Shown: positions 1 through 12,250 of the stretch, in pieces
Layout: each line of letters begins with the position of its first letter
Numbering within the stretch: position 1 is the first letter of the stretch
Assembly: GCA_028534125.1 (NCBI GenBank)
Contig: CM052817.1
Span: 41,480,001 to 41,544,000, forward strand
DNA from: Lama glama
Taxonomy: Eukaryota
DNA length: 64,000 nucleotides
Reading direction: 5' to 3'
The notes under the pieces: model-generated
Seen by the model: only the letters and a program-made list of their open reading frames with translations
What the model was told of the DNA's origin: nothing
Database searches by the model: none
Translations under genes and position numbers: made by a program

Positions 1-311
1 AAAGACCTATTTCATTTGGGCTGACGCAGAGCACAGAGTGAAATTCCATACACGGCTGTAGTCACTGATTTATGTTCCCAGTGCAGTTACCTTCTCCTCT
101 GGATTCCTTGTGCACTTAACCTTTATTAGGACACATGTCCATGCTTTTTTATTTTTCTTGGAAAGGGGTGGAGTATATATTATGATGTTAAAAAAAGGCA
201 TAATCTTTGGAAGGATTAGGTGATGATGTTTCATGCAAATAGCAGGTTCCGTAATAAAAATGTATGTTTAATTTCTCACTAGAAAACTGACTTTCCTGTT
301 TTTGTCTGCAG

Positions 312-380
312 TGAAGATGTCAGATCAGCTAACATCATTGCTGAGGAAAATGATGTCGCATGTCTGGTTATAGATCGAGA
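312..380 (+). CDS. PRKG2: PRKG2 coding exon (~exon 9), cNMP-binding domain B phosphate-binding cassette: (S)EDVRSANIIAEENDVACLVIDR(E)
   Basis: Acceptor tttgtctgcag at 310-311 and donor GA|gtgagt at 381; 69 nt, phase 2/2. Translation matches the recalled PKG II sequence DVRSANIIAEENDVACLVIDRE. Confidence 0.96.
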
Positions 381-1462
381 GTGAGTATGCTGCTGTTGTT
401 GGAGAATGCAGGCTCCTGCCACCTTTGAAGACTTGGCCTTCTGTTACTCCAAGGGCCATCTGTCTTCCCATTCATCGCTACTTGGAAGTGCTGGCCAATC
501 CTCAGCTGCTAGTACATTCTATTAAAATTCATGGGAAGGAACTGGGCCTTCTGATCTGAATCTGTCTGTGGCAGTGGCAGATGCTGGCAGGCTAAATATT
601 TTGTGTTCAAAGTTTGTACATAAATATCAGCAATAGACTGATTTAAATTCTACATCTTCCAGAGAAATAAGCTTATTAGTACTCATGTATTTTTTTCCAC
701 ACAATATACTGAGGAATTTCATAATGTATTCCTAAAATGCTCTAAGCAGTCAGAAATATTTTTGAACAAAACTTCTCTCTCGCAGACAAAATATAAAATG
801 CTCATTAGCTATATGTATTTCCAGAGAAATCTGAATTTAACATTTGCGGTAATTTGCAAGAGATGTGCATCAATATTAACCTCTAAACATCTTAGGTTAT
901 TTTTCAGAATGTCTCATTTTGTGTTGTTAAATCCCTTCAGATCATATTTGAATCTGACTCCTCAGATCTCTTATTCATCAGGGGGATATTTGTTGACTAG
1001 ATACAATTAAGGGAATTCTGCTATACCAAACCTAGGCCATTATCAGAGAAAAGTCATGTGTAGCCAAACAAATAGGACATGTGCTTATGAAATATTAACT
1101 AAAAATAGTCAAATGATGACAAGTATCACAAGAGAATATGCAACTGATTGCTAATTGAATACACCATTTATTGAACATAGAATCATAGAGATTTAGAGCT
1201 GGAAAGAACCTTGGAATATTAAAAAAAATGTTTTACTATGAAAAATTTCAAACATATTAAAAATAGACAGATCAGTATTATAAACCCCATAATACAAGTT
1301 CAACAATTATCAATTAACCCTCCCTGCCTTCACCACACTATTTTCAAGCAAATTCCAAACATAAAGTTATTTCACTGATAAATTTTAGTAGCATCTCGAA
1401 AAGCTGAGTATTATTTATAATACATGACCACAGTAATATAACATACCTAAAAAGTTAGCAAT

Positions 1463-1539
1463 TATTTTTTATTGACAATTTTGAATTGAAGTATAATTTA
1501 CACCTAACATTATATTAGCTTCAGGTGTACAAGATAATG

Positions 1540-1586
<47 letters not shown>

Positions 1587-1635
1587 CAAAATTATCACCA
1601 CACTAAATCTAGTTAACATGCATCATCAAACATAG
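1463..1635 (-). mobile_element. L1 3' end fragment containing a (TA)n microsatellite (~1543-1582)
   Basis: TTGAAGTATAATTTACA...ATTATATTAGCTTCAGGTGTACAA...CTAGTTAACATGCATCA. Confidence 0.7.
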
Positions 1636-2419
1636 AACAATAATTCTTAGTATCACTTTGAGTTACATTAATACTTCCCTTACCAATAAGAAAAGTAAGT
1701 CCAGGTCAGTTAAAGAATTGCCCCAAAGGTGTCACCTGTGATTTCATATGAGATGCCCAGGTCTTCCAGTTCCTTTCAGCATTCTTTCCATCATGCCATT
1801 TGATTTCCATAGCATGTGTTCAGAAAGAGAAGCAATCACAATGCAGTAAAATGAGGAAAGTTTTACTTTAAATTTGTAAGTGTGGAAATGGGACGTGAAA
1901 TAGGAGTTTTCTAGGCAAAGGAAATGTGGAAGTCTCTCCAGGTGAAGTACAACTTGAAACAAAGCATCAGGCTAGAAAATGCAAAGTATATTCAGATAAA
2001 GGAACCCTTTGGATGACAGCTCGCAGATGGAAAATATATTGGTATGAAATTGTCCCGGCAGTGCATTGTTTTGTTTATGAAAAATATATGCATGCACTGA
2101 ATAGCACTAGCTGTGTGATAAAATCTTACAAATGGCTCCAAAATGCTAAGACTAAAAATATGGTAGAAAGGAAGAACTCCTTCCTTTTTTCTTCATTGTA
2201 ATCACATAACCAAATACTTGTATAGTATCTCATGACTCTACCATCCATGAAGAGGATGCAGTGGTTATTTTAGAGCCTGTAAATTATTTGGGAGTTCGTA
2301 ATTTTAAAATGTTTAAATGCACAGAGTTGAGATTCCTACACAAAGTGTGGTCATGTTAGGCACGATGAGACATGAAAAGTTACATGAATTTATTTTATGC
2401 GTAAGAGGAGCAGACTATC

Positions 2420-2545
2420 AGGTATGATGACCTACATCCTGGATTTCCTGGGACAGTTCTGGTTATGCCAACATATTTATCACTGGCAGTCCCCTTCACT
2501 CTGAAAAGCATTCAGTTTGAATGATAAATTATATGATCATCGTAG
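2420..2545. mobile_element. MER94-like hAT-Blackjack MITE (a related copy in opposite orientation at ~58533-58660)
   Basis: CATCCTGGATTTCCTGGGACAGTTCTGG...GATAAATTATATGATCATC. Confidence 0.5.
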
Positions 2546-4211
2546 CTATGACTTTTAAGGCTAGATTAGGATCTCATAGTAATTCTCTCATGGCACCCTT
2601 ACAGCCTTATTCACACTTTGATTGCTGTATTTAACATCTGTCTTCCCACTCTTCTGTTTTTTCATGAGCACAGAAATATTTTCTTGTTCACGGCTGTTGC
2701 GTGCCAGTGTCTGACATGGTCCTTGGCCTATGGGAAGCAATGCAGACGTTCACGGAATAAAGGGCACCATCCTTGCAATAGAATATAGTGACCGAAAGCC
2801 TATCGCTCTTTACTTCTGCTTTCCTAATTCATTATTTTTTAAAAAAAATATGTATTTGAATGTTACAGCTAGAATGTTGTAGCTGTTTAAACTTGACTTA
2901 TTTGTGGAGAATATCTAGAGATCTGTGACACTAGTGTCACCTACATTAAAAAAATAAAATCTGTTTACAACAATACATGAATTAGTTTAATAGCAAGCAA
3001 GACTATGGTGACAAATAGAATAAATAAAATCAAAACAAATTAAGAGAAGTATTTCCTTCTACTTGAAAACTTCAGCCGTGGGAAATTTGAAATTGTGTGG
3101 CAAGCCTGTTTTGTTTCTCACTACTCTACGGTCAACCACGGACAGTCCACAGAGCAGGGCAGAGAAGAGTGGAGTGTAGATCTGAAGGGGGAAATGGGAA
3201 ATACCCAGTACAGTAAAATACTAATGTAAGTATAGATTGGTGGTCAGTTACAGGTGGGTAGAGGTCTTCAGGGTTAGGCAGGCAGTAAGTGGCAACACGA
3301 CACTAATGAGGTGGCTCTGGTTTACTAGCGTTAGGTGTGTTGACATAAATTTTCATTCCTTTCATTTTGCTCTGGCCAGGAGCTTAAGATTTACTGAGGT
3401 GATTGAAGCATGGTTTCTAGAAGGTTGCTATTTTATAGGAGGGAAGAGAACCACCCTAAAAATCACCCATCAAGGAAGGTTGTCGAGTGTGGGGTGCAGG
3501 ACGCATTGGAAGGATAATCTGGAAAATATACTTCTTTGGTGAGGAAAGGGATTATTTTTTCTCATGGGCAGTGCCCTGTGTAAGAATTCCCAGAGACAAG
3601 GGACTTGGGACGGGGAGAGTAGGCGGGACACGTAACAAACCTGTGATCCGTGAGGTCAGGAGGGTCAAGGGAATATGATGGCCCAGCCTCACCCAAAGAA
3701 TTACTAAGTTAAGGTAAAAAGTTTGGATTTATTTACGAATGGATGTGAAATGAGGAGTATTATCTAGGGACAAAGAAGAGATACTTTTTATCCTTGATTT
3801 TTAAAAATAAAGAGCTCAATTTGATTAAGCAAGGTTAGAAAAATGGGTAAGATATGTTACCTGTGGATTCAATAAGCAGATCATGTAGACTATTTCCTTT
3901 CCGCTGTCTTCTTTAAAATGAAAAAAAAAAGAACAATTTTTGGTAAACCTGAACCACAATTGCAGAAAACCACAGAAATGTCTCTTCTCACTGAGAGCCT
4001 CCTTGCTTTCAGAAACTCAAAAGCTCAATCATATAGCTTCTAACAATTATTCTACCTGTGATGGCCACTTAATGTAACATAAGTTATTGAAAAACAGTTT
4101 ACAAAGCTGTGAATAACCGTACAATTAATGTTTTCTGAATAGCTTAAGAAGAATGGTAAGTTACAAAGGTAACTATTCGCATTGAGGGTTTGTTTCTTTT
4201 TATTCATTTAG

Positions 4212-4310
4212 AACATTCAACCAAACAGTTGGGACTTTTGAAGAACTCCAGAAATATCTTGAAGGGTATGTGGCAAACCTGAACCGTGATGATGAAAAAA
4301 GACATGCGAA
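4212..4310 (+). CDS. PRKG2: PRKG2 coding exon (~exon 10): TFNQTVGTFEELQKYLEGYVANLNRDDEKRHA(K)
   Basis: Acceptor ttcatttag, donor AA|gtaagt; 99 nt, phase 2/2. Continues the frame of the previous exon. Confidence 0.97.
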
Positions 4311-5610
4311 GTAAGTGGAGGAAAATTTTCCTAAGCCGGTGTGACCTCTGGCAGTTAATGAAGGGGACCGAGGGGTGTGGCTTGCTGTGCAGTAGCTTTT
4401 AGTGTGTTGTCACTAGAAGATTTAGGGGAGTTCTTTTAACTTGTCTTTCCACAAAAAAATGCCACTTACCACTAGGATGGATATCACTTTAGTCTATAAA
4501 TAGCGTTTCTTATTTTCGGCGATGAGTAGCAATGTTAAGGGGATGATATCCTGATAAGAGTCCTTGGGAAAGGGCGTCTGTACGTTGACTTGTGACCTAG
4601 CTCCGAAAGACGTTAGTTCAGAAGGGAGGCCTCTCTCGCACATGGAACTCAAACAAGAATGACAAGGCACTAGCATAGTCCATTCATTCTGATTCCAGAT
4701 AAAGAATAATCTAGAACGAGAGCCCAGGTTATTTCAAGATATAATGGAGTTTATTGCTCAGGGGTCCCAAATGCAGTAATACTGATGAAACATGTTTTGT
4801 CTCATAGAAAAAAACTGCTTTGTAAAATCTAAATGATTTGAAAATATTTTGCTAGAATATTCTGTAGAGTGAATACTTAAGCATGTATTTACTAGATAGT
4901 ACCATTAAAGCTTAAGAGTCAAAAGTTCTAGAAAACACTTGTGTTAAATTAGAGCTTTCAACCAGAACTGCAGAGTTTGTTTTTGTTTTTCTTTCTGGCA
5001 AGGAATATATTTGCAGTTTTTATGCCAAAGGCCTTTTGTAATAAGAACGATTTATAAATACATAATCCCAAGCAGTGAACTTTAACTAAAGGAGGTAAAT
5101 GAGCATCTCCAAGTAACAATATTTAGACATAAAATAAGGAATGTATTTTTCATGTTTCACAAAGCAGTTGTTCTGGTTCAGCCAGGGACCTTCGAGGTCT
5201 GACAGAAAGAGCGAAGGAAGCATGGCGGAGATGCTGTGTGGCTGTTTCCTGTATGTGCGACAAAGGCAAAGGCTCTCCAGTCTTCTGGATTTATTTCCTC
5301 TCATGACTTATTTATTTTTTGTAAAATGCTTTATTGAGATGTATTTTAAATACCACACAATTCACTCGTTTTGACATTTTGTCCGTTTTTTTATTGTGTG
5401 CGAGTGTATTTGTTTCATATTTGTATATTCTGTTGCTTTTCTCCCCAGTTGTAACTGAATCTGATCCTATAAAAGCTGAGATAATCTTTATGGCAACTAT
5501 GGGCAGTAATTACTGGCAGAAAGAAGGCTTTTTTAAGGGTGGAATTTCTGTGTTTTGTGAGCCTTGCTTGCCTGGAGGAAGGTGTAAAAAGTTTCTCTTC
5601 TCTCATACAG

Positions 5611-5764
5611 GAGATCCATGTCTAGCTGGAAGCTGTCCAAAGCACTCTCTCTGGAGATGATTCAGCTGAAGGAGAAGGTGGCCAGATTTTCCTCATCATC
5701 CCCATTCCAGAACCTTGAGATTATCGCCACACTGGGCGTTGGTGGGTTCGGAAGAGTTGAGCTT
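5611..5764 (+). CDS. PRKG2: PRKG2 coding exon (~exon 11), linker plus kinase Gly-rich loop: RSMSSWKLSKALSLEMIQLKEKVARFSSSSPFQNLEIIATLGVGGFGRVEL
   Basis: Acceptor tctcatacag, donor CTT|gtaagg; 154 nt. GVGGFG motif; overlaps ORF 5618..5806. Confidence 0.98.
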
Positions 5765-7065
5765 GTAAGGGGTTTACGTTTCAAGCATCTGAGAGAAGCC
5801 TTTTGACTTTTTTTGCTTTATATTCCAGTGTCTCTTGGAGGAATATATGCATTGTTATTGCTATCTAAATGTTGCTTTGAACTGAAATTGAGAAAGTACA
5901 CTTTTCACTCTGTATGTTGCATAATAGCAGGTCTGTGCTAGTAAGTAACTTGTAATAATACAGCTGCTATTTCAAGCTTTTTACATCATGTCCTTTTGAG
6001 AATTGTTTTCTTGATGGCAGTTATTGGAGAATGTACCAAGTAACCATTCCCAAAGGCTAGAAAACATAAAATGTATTTGCTAACAGCAAAATGTATGTAT
6101 ACAAACACTCACGATACATTAACTATATACTAAAGAAAAGAAGAATGTGTCCAGTGGAAATGCCACAGAAATGAAATCTTTCATATCATAATTCCGTTTC
6201 TTAAACAACTCCCCTACCATGTCTATATTTGGCTTTCATTATCCTATTTCTGGCTTGCTCAAAATTTTCTGAAAAACAGAAAAGAAGCAGAATTGCAAGG
6301 GGATGTTTGAAGAGCAGCTTTCTGTAGTGCTGATCAGGACAGCTGGGAAATTACGCCTGATTTCCGCTGCATCTTCCACACCAACTCTTCTTTGAGCTTG
6401 AGAACCAGCTTGCAAGGAGTAGCAGAGCGGGGCTGTCAGATCAAGCGCTCTGAAGAAACTGTCGAATGGAGATCTGTGACCTTACTGGGTAGAGATGGCT
6501 CTAAACCCTTGGCAATTACCCAGCCCTTCTTTGCCGCACAGATTTGTAACGATTCACTGTATATTATTAACCTTGGGAATGGTGCTGACACCTCCATCTG
6601 CTGGATGGCCTGGGTGTGAGCGGATCTGAAATGCTGCTGGAGATGCTGACCAGTTCACACACACCCAGTCCATACTTCATCTCTTTTGGGTGAGAGAGGA
6701 AGAAAAGAGTTCTTAATAGGCCAAAAAGTATTACTAATGTTTCTTCCACCATATGGAGAGAGAAGGGAGAGATCTATCTGCTGTATTTTCCACCAAACTC
6801 TTGGCAAAAGGATTGAATTGACAATGCTGAGCTTTGTTTTTCATATAGTTAAATAACAATAATTGAATCAATAATTCTGCCATTGATTGAAAAATCGTAG
6901 GCAGTACTAATGGCAAATGTGAACAAAATATGGGGTGTGATCATTTCTGCACAATGTCATTACTTGTCAAATATAGCATATTATGGAGTTTTAAGCCTCT
7001 CTGAATAAATATTTATTAAAAATTTTTAAGTTTTCTTTTAAGGGAAAATTCTGTTCATCCATCTA

Positions 7066-7270
7066 GAGCAGTGGTCTCCAACAGAACATTCTGCACTGAT
7101 GGAAACGTTCTGTGTCTGCATGTCCAATAGGGTAGCCACTGGCTAGCTGTGGCTGGTGAGCTTTTGAAATGTGGATAATGCAACCGAGGAACTGAATTTT
7201 TAATTTTGATCAATTTAAAATGAAATAACCTCATATGACTAGTGGCTGTCATATGGGATAGGGCAGATAT
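7066..7270. mobile_element. MER3-like hAT-Charlie MITE
   Basis: TCCAACAGAACATTCTGCACTGATGGAAACGTTCTGTGTCTGC...TTGAAATGTGG...GAGGAACTGAATTTTTAATTT. Confidence 0.75.
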
Positions 7271-7675
7271 ACATCTTGACTTAAAATATGTTTCACTTTG
7301 AATATCAAAGAAGTGACTATTAAGAAAGAACAATTTGGGGGCAATTCTGGCCAAAGTTTTTCATATCGCATACTCCAAACTGAAGAGATTTCTAAACTTC
7401 ATTCAGTCTTCTAACTGGAGTATTTTTCTTGTTTCAACACAAATATTTTTAGAACTGTGTTCCAGATATGTGAACTCTTGGGGAAATTACATACAATAAA
7501 AGGGAAGTGTATATGCCTGAATAATATTCAATTCCCAGAAGGATAAGTGGTTAGAAGCTTCCATACTATTTAAATGTGAAAGAATTGGAACTCTTACTAG
7601 TCAACATGTTTTACATAGGCATGGTAAACTTTTTCTGGTAAGTTCATTTTGAGGGCTTGTTGCCTTCTTACCTAG

Positions 7676-7812
7676 GTTAAGGTGAAAAACGAGAACGTTG
7701 CTTTTGCCATGAAGTGTATAAGGAAGAAGCACATAGTGGACACGAAGCAGCAGGAGCATGTCTACTCAGAAAAGAGGATCCTGGAGGAGCTGTGCTCGCC
7801 CTTCATCGTGAA
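7676..7812 (+). CDS. PRKG2: PRKG2 coding exon (~exon 12): VKVKNENVAFAMKCIRKKHIVDTKQQEHVYSEKRILEELCSPFIV(K)
   Basis: Acceptor ttcttacctag, donor AA|gtaagt; 137 nt. Contains the AMK ATP-binding lysine and the helix-C glutamate. Confidence 0.98.
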
Positions 7813-8011
7813 GTAAGTGAGGGCTTCCCTCTCAGAACTTAGGATCTCAGGCTCTTCTGCTGAGTGTTTCCATGAGAGAAGGCAGAAGAGGAAGAGGAGA
7901 CCCCACTCTGCATCCTCCATCCCAGTCACAGCAACAACACATAAAATGTTCGAAGTTTGAGATCTGAAGTCAAGAGCCCAGATTTTTTATCCTTGGGTAA
8001 ATCTCAGGAAA

Positions 8012-8037
8012 GTGTGTGTGTGTGTGTGTGTGTGTGT
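8012..8037. repeat. (GT)n microsatellite
   Basis: Direct reading, ~13 units. Confidence 0.95.
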
Positions 8038-9951
8038 TTGAAGTGAATATAAAATTATTGTGGGAATAATTTGAACTGTTTATTTGAACTGCAGAATTTG
8101 GGAAGCAAGAATTCATTCAGAATCCCTCAGGAAGCATGCTGCTTTTGAATTTCTGTGAGAATTTGACATTTGGGCACCTGTGGGTTCCAAGGAGCTGGTT
8201 CCTAGTGGTGCCTGGATGCCCAAAGATCCACCTCCTTGTAATTACTATTCTTTCTGCATTGATCACCAGAGTTTGGAAGAGAAATATGTTATTCTAGGCC
8301 ATGGCTCTCTCGTGAATTCATGGGTTAGCTGTGTAGGTCAGTTAACGCATATATTTTCATACATGTCTTAAAGCCCCAGAGTATAGCTTTAGAGATTTCT
8401 GGGTGATGTAAGGTGCCTCTTTAATGAATAGAATTTATACTTTTTGTGAAATGCCTTGAGAGATTCCTTCTGCCTGTCCATATTCTCAGACCTATTTCTT
8501 TTCAAGATTAAAAAAAAATCTGAACTCAGGCAATGCTGGCAGTAGAGTCAGCCAATTATCTTTATATAAATTATGTGCTCCCCCTGCCTTTTTAATCAAT
8601 AATTCATTAAAAACTATCAAGAGCAGCTTCAGGGTGTGGGTTAGATTTTATTCATTTTCTCATTCCCAGCTCTTTGCAAAGGACCTGGCATATAGTAGGG
8701 CAATTATAATATTAAAAATGAATATTAATGACATTTATTGTTGAGAAAATAATATGTGCCAGGCACTCTTCTAAAGCAAAAATTTTAAAAAATCTTATAT
8801 ATAATATATTAAACATTTTTATTTATATCTATTTCATATATTATATGTGTAAAATATATTAAATTAATACATATAATCAGTATGTAATCAAGTGAAGATA
8901 TGTATTTGTTATGATCCTCATAACAAAACAGGTAAATGTGAAGATTGTCCTTGTTGAGCAGGAACAATGAGAAAACTGAAGTTGCTTAGTTCATAAACGG
9001 TTGATCAGGGATTCAACCCCGGGCAGCTTGGATCCAGATTCCACCCAGAACCACTTACTAGGTCGCTTCTGCTGCCTGTACGTGAGATAGCTGTTCCGTT
9101 GCCTGCATTAGCCTGGGCATGGTGCTAGGGAGAAAAGGGCATCTCTTGAGTAAGACCCAGAGATTGCTTTCACCCAGCGCTGAAATACGGTATGTTGCCC
9201 AGAACCCACATCAGGACTGAGGCTGTCGTTCTCCCAGTTTCTGGGAGTGCTGCCAGCTGGGGCATCTAGCTCAGCCCCTCTCCAGCCGGTGCTCTAAAGT
9301 GAAGAGAACCACCTTGCCAAGACCATACTCATTCTCCAGGTACATCCTGCATCCAGTGATGGCAGAGCTCCTGGAAGCCGAGGCTTTTGAAAAACTAGAT
9401 GACAGTCCAACCCCTCCTCTATCCAAGTCTACTTCCTTCCTTCACCATGGGTGTTGGTCCCAAGAGCAGTCCCCACGAGAAATGCTTAGGAATGTCTGTC
9501 TCAGTCTGTTTCCTGAGACCAACTAGAGGAATAAGACATGGGCGTGAATGACTGTTATGCAAGGCAGATCTTAAAGGAGACTATGCAGAGGTCTCTGGGT
9601 TTTAGAAGGAAGGATAGGCCATATTTAGTAGATGGGATAAGGATCTGCTTTATCAGGAAGGTGACCCCTGAGCTTGGTGCTGAGAATGGCTAACATTTAT
9701 ACAGGGAAACTGAAATTAAGAAGTTCAGCTTGTGGGTAAAGGGAGGGAAGTCCAAGTAAAGGGGTCAGCAGGAGCAAAAACAAGGGAGGAGGAGAGATTA
9801 GAGCATCAGGGGAAGCCGATATCGCTGTAGGATGTTTGGAAGGAGATGAGGACCATTGTCCAAAATGTTATTGATGATGCTCTTAAGCAACTTTAAAGAT
9901 GTTTTAAAACTAGATTTCTAATAATAGCCATCTTTTTATTTGTCTTCACAG

Positions 9952-10041
9952 ATTGTATCGTACTTTCAAGGACAATAAGTATGTATACATGCTTCTGGAG
10001 GCCTGCTTAGGTGGGGAGCTATGGAGTATATTGAGGGACAG
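9952..10041 (+). CDS. PRKG2: PRKG2 coding exon (~exon 13): [29 protein letters not shown](R)
   Basis: Acceptor tgtcttcacag, donor AG|gtaatg; 90 nt, phase 2/2. Kinase hinge region. Confidence 0.98.
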
Positions 10042-10133
10042 GTAATGAAAAAGGTTTATAAATTATTACTTTTGTATACTCACATCTGGTCTAAAGGATG
10101 CACTATTCATGATCATTTAAAGAGACATGAAGA

Positions 10134-10240
10134 GGGGAGAGGGTGTATAGCTCAGTGGTAAAGCACATGCTTAGTATGCATGAGGTCCTGGGTTCAATCC
10201 CCAGTGCCTCCATTTTAATTAATTAATTAATTTTAAAAAG
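10134..10240 (+). mobile_element. tRNA-derived SINE (camelid Vic-1-like)
   Basis: A box TAGCTCAGTGG and B box GGTTCAATCC, AT-rich tail, perfect 16-bp TSD TAAAGAGACATGAAGA at 10118-10133 and 10241-10256. Confidence 0.9.
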
Positions 10241-11119
10241 TAAAGAGACATGAAGAAAGTCATTAAGAAATGAGTCTTAAAAAATGTTACCACTTGATTA
10301 AAAAAGTAATAGCGACATTTTCTTAGCTAATGTTATAATCACGTAATAGGCACCATGTAAGGCAGTCATTGTCATTCTCGTATTAAAGATTAAAGGAGCC
10401 CAGGCTTCAGGTGTAAACCATCTGTGTCACGTGGTTAGTATGAGGCAGAGTAAGGATAAACCCAGAAGTTACTGATTCTGAATCTTGAGAAGGGAGATGA
10501 AGGAAGGGTGGGGAGTGGGGAAGCCCTGGCTGGAAAGCAGAGTGAAGTGTCTGCAAAGATGCTATTACACAAAAAGGGCATTTTCCATACAGTCAGAACC
10601 ACGGGTATTTTCTGAGCTCCACCTACATACAAGGCTCCATAGTATAGTGTGGGTGTTTCCTAAACCATATAAACTTTTATAACTAGAAGTATAAAAAGTA
10701 TAAAGTTTTCCTCCAGTGGATTTAGATTTGATTTCAGGAGATAATGTAACCTGCAGTTTTAAAACATTTCATTATTTAATGTGAGGACTAAATATGATGA
10801 AGTTGGCTATTTGTAACCAAATGTCCAATTAGTGTTGTGAATAGTGAGCTCGGAAGAGAGGAAAGATAGAAAAATGTGATGGTCAAGGAAGGACTTGAGC
10901 TGAACTCTAAGGATGACCAAAATGTGAGAAGGCAGAGAAGAAGGGAAACGGATGTAAGACACAGCAGGGAAGTTGGGTTACGATTAAGTCTCTTACTCGC
11001 TGACTAAGAGCAGAGTTTAAATAGAAGATGAGGGCAGAGGAAGAGGAGATGGGAAGGTAGCTTTGCGTTAGGTTGTGGAGGTTACTGCCGAGCCAGACAC
11101 TGAGACAGGATTCCCTGGG

Positions 11120-11296
11120 CCAGTGCTTCTCAGCTCTGGTTTCACATCACAGTCGCATGGGGAGCTTTTATAGATGAAAATGCTGGGCCCTAATCCCAAA
11201 GGCTTTGATTTGGTTCACTTGCTTTGGGGTCCAGGAAGTGACTTTTACCTGCCTTTCAAGCAATTTTAATGTGCATTCATGGTCAAGAATCATGGA
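11120..11296. mobile_element. MER5A/B-like hAT MITE
   Basis: Termini CAGTGCTTCTCA ... CAAGAATCATGG, ~180 bp. Confidence 0.6.
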
Positions 11297-12250
11297 CCTG
11301 AGTAGGAAGAGACCTTTAAGCATCTGAATGAAGAGCTGTATGTTGTGCTGGGAACAGACTGTTGGATGGACCCAATGGGGGGAACCTGGAAGGGTGGAGG
11401 AGACTTGCATGACACCTGCAGAAGCATTTGCATCTTCCATCTTTGCTTCAACTGGCAAATCTTTTTTGAATATCTTAATCTGTTTAGAGATGGGAGTTCC
11501 TGCTACCTGTTAGGCACTTTGCCTGCTCCTTAAAACAGCCTTGTAAAGTCAGCAGTGCACCCATTTTACAGCTAGGGATCTGAGGCTCAGAACAGCCGAA
11601 CAACTTGCCCAAGGACACAGTGAATGGAAGAATCAGGAGTCAAAGCCAATTTCTCTCACTCCAGAGCCACAGCCTTCTATTACACCATGCAGCAAACCAC
11701 CACCACGTTTAATAATTCAGTAGGTAAACCTACACACGGTGCTGACACAGGGCAACTCTAATATCATCAAGGCACACTAAACAGGAAAGAGTTATGACCC
11801 CATTTCTACATGGGTTACTGTTACGTGCTATGCAAACAGGAAATGGAAATGATCATTTGGGTCATTTTTAGTCAAGCAATCAATTACAGAAGTCTGGTTC
11901 AAGCTCTCCATTGATACTGTTGCATTTTCTCCAGAATTTACCGTAGGTATCTAAAAACAAGTTCTGTTTTCTCCTCTTTCTATTTTAGATCTTCACATAT
12001 GGTTGCCAGAAACAATCGTTTGGTTGTAAACATCTTAATTTCAGTGAAGTGGTTCTTGTTTGCATCAAGTATCCCCCTAAGTTTCTTTATGATCAGCAGC
12101 CTCATTCATTGGCAGTATGAAATACTTTTTAGAGTTGATGCCCTACACAATGTTTATATTGCATACATTTACACTATGATAATTTACACCTAGAATATAC
12201 CGCAAGGATGTGTGTCTAGAGTATTAAGAGGGAAAATGATTTCGTTGCAG

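Noticed and set aside
10143..10212. tRNA gene-like A/B boxes (also at ~14530, ~25500 and ~51750)
   Set aside because: These are SINE heads with A-rich tails and, in one case, a clear TSD; they are not functional tRNA genes.
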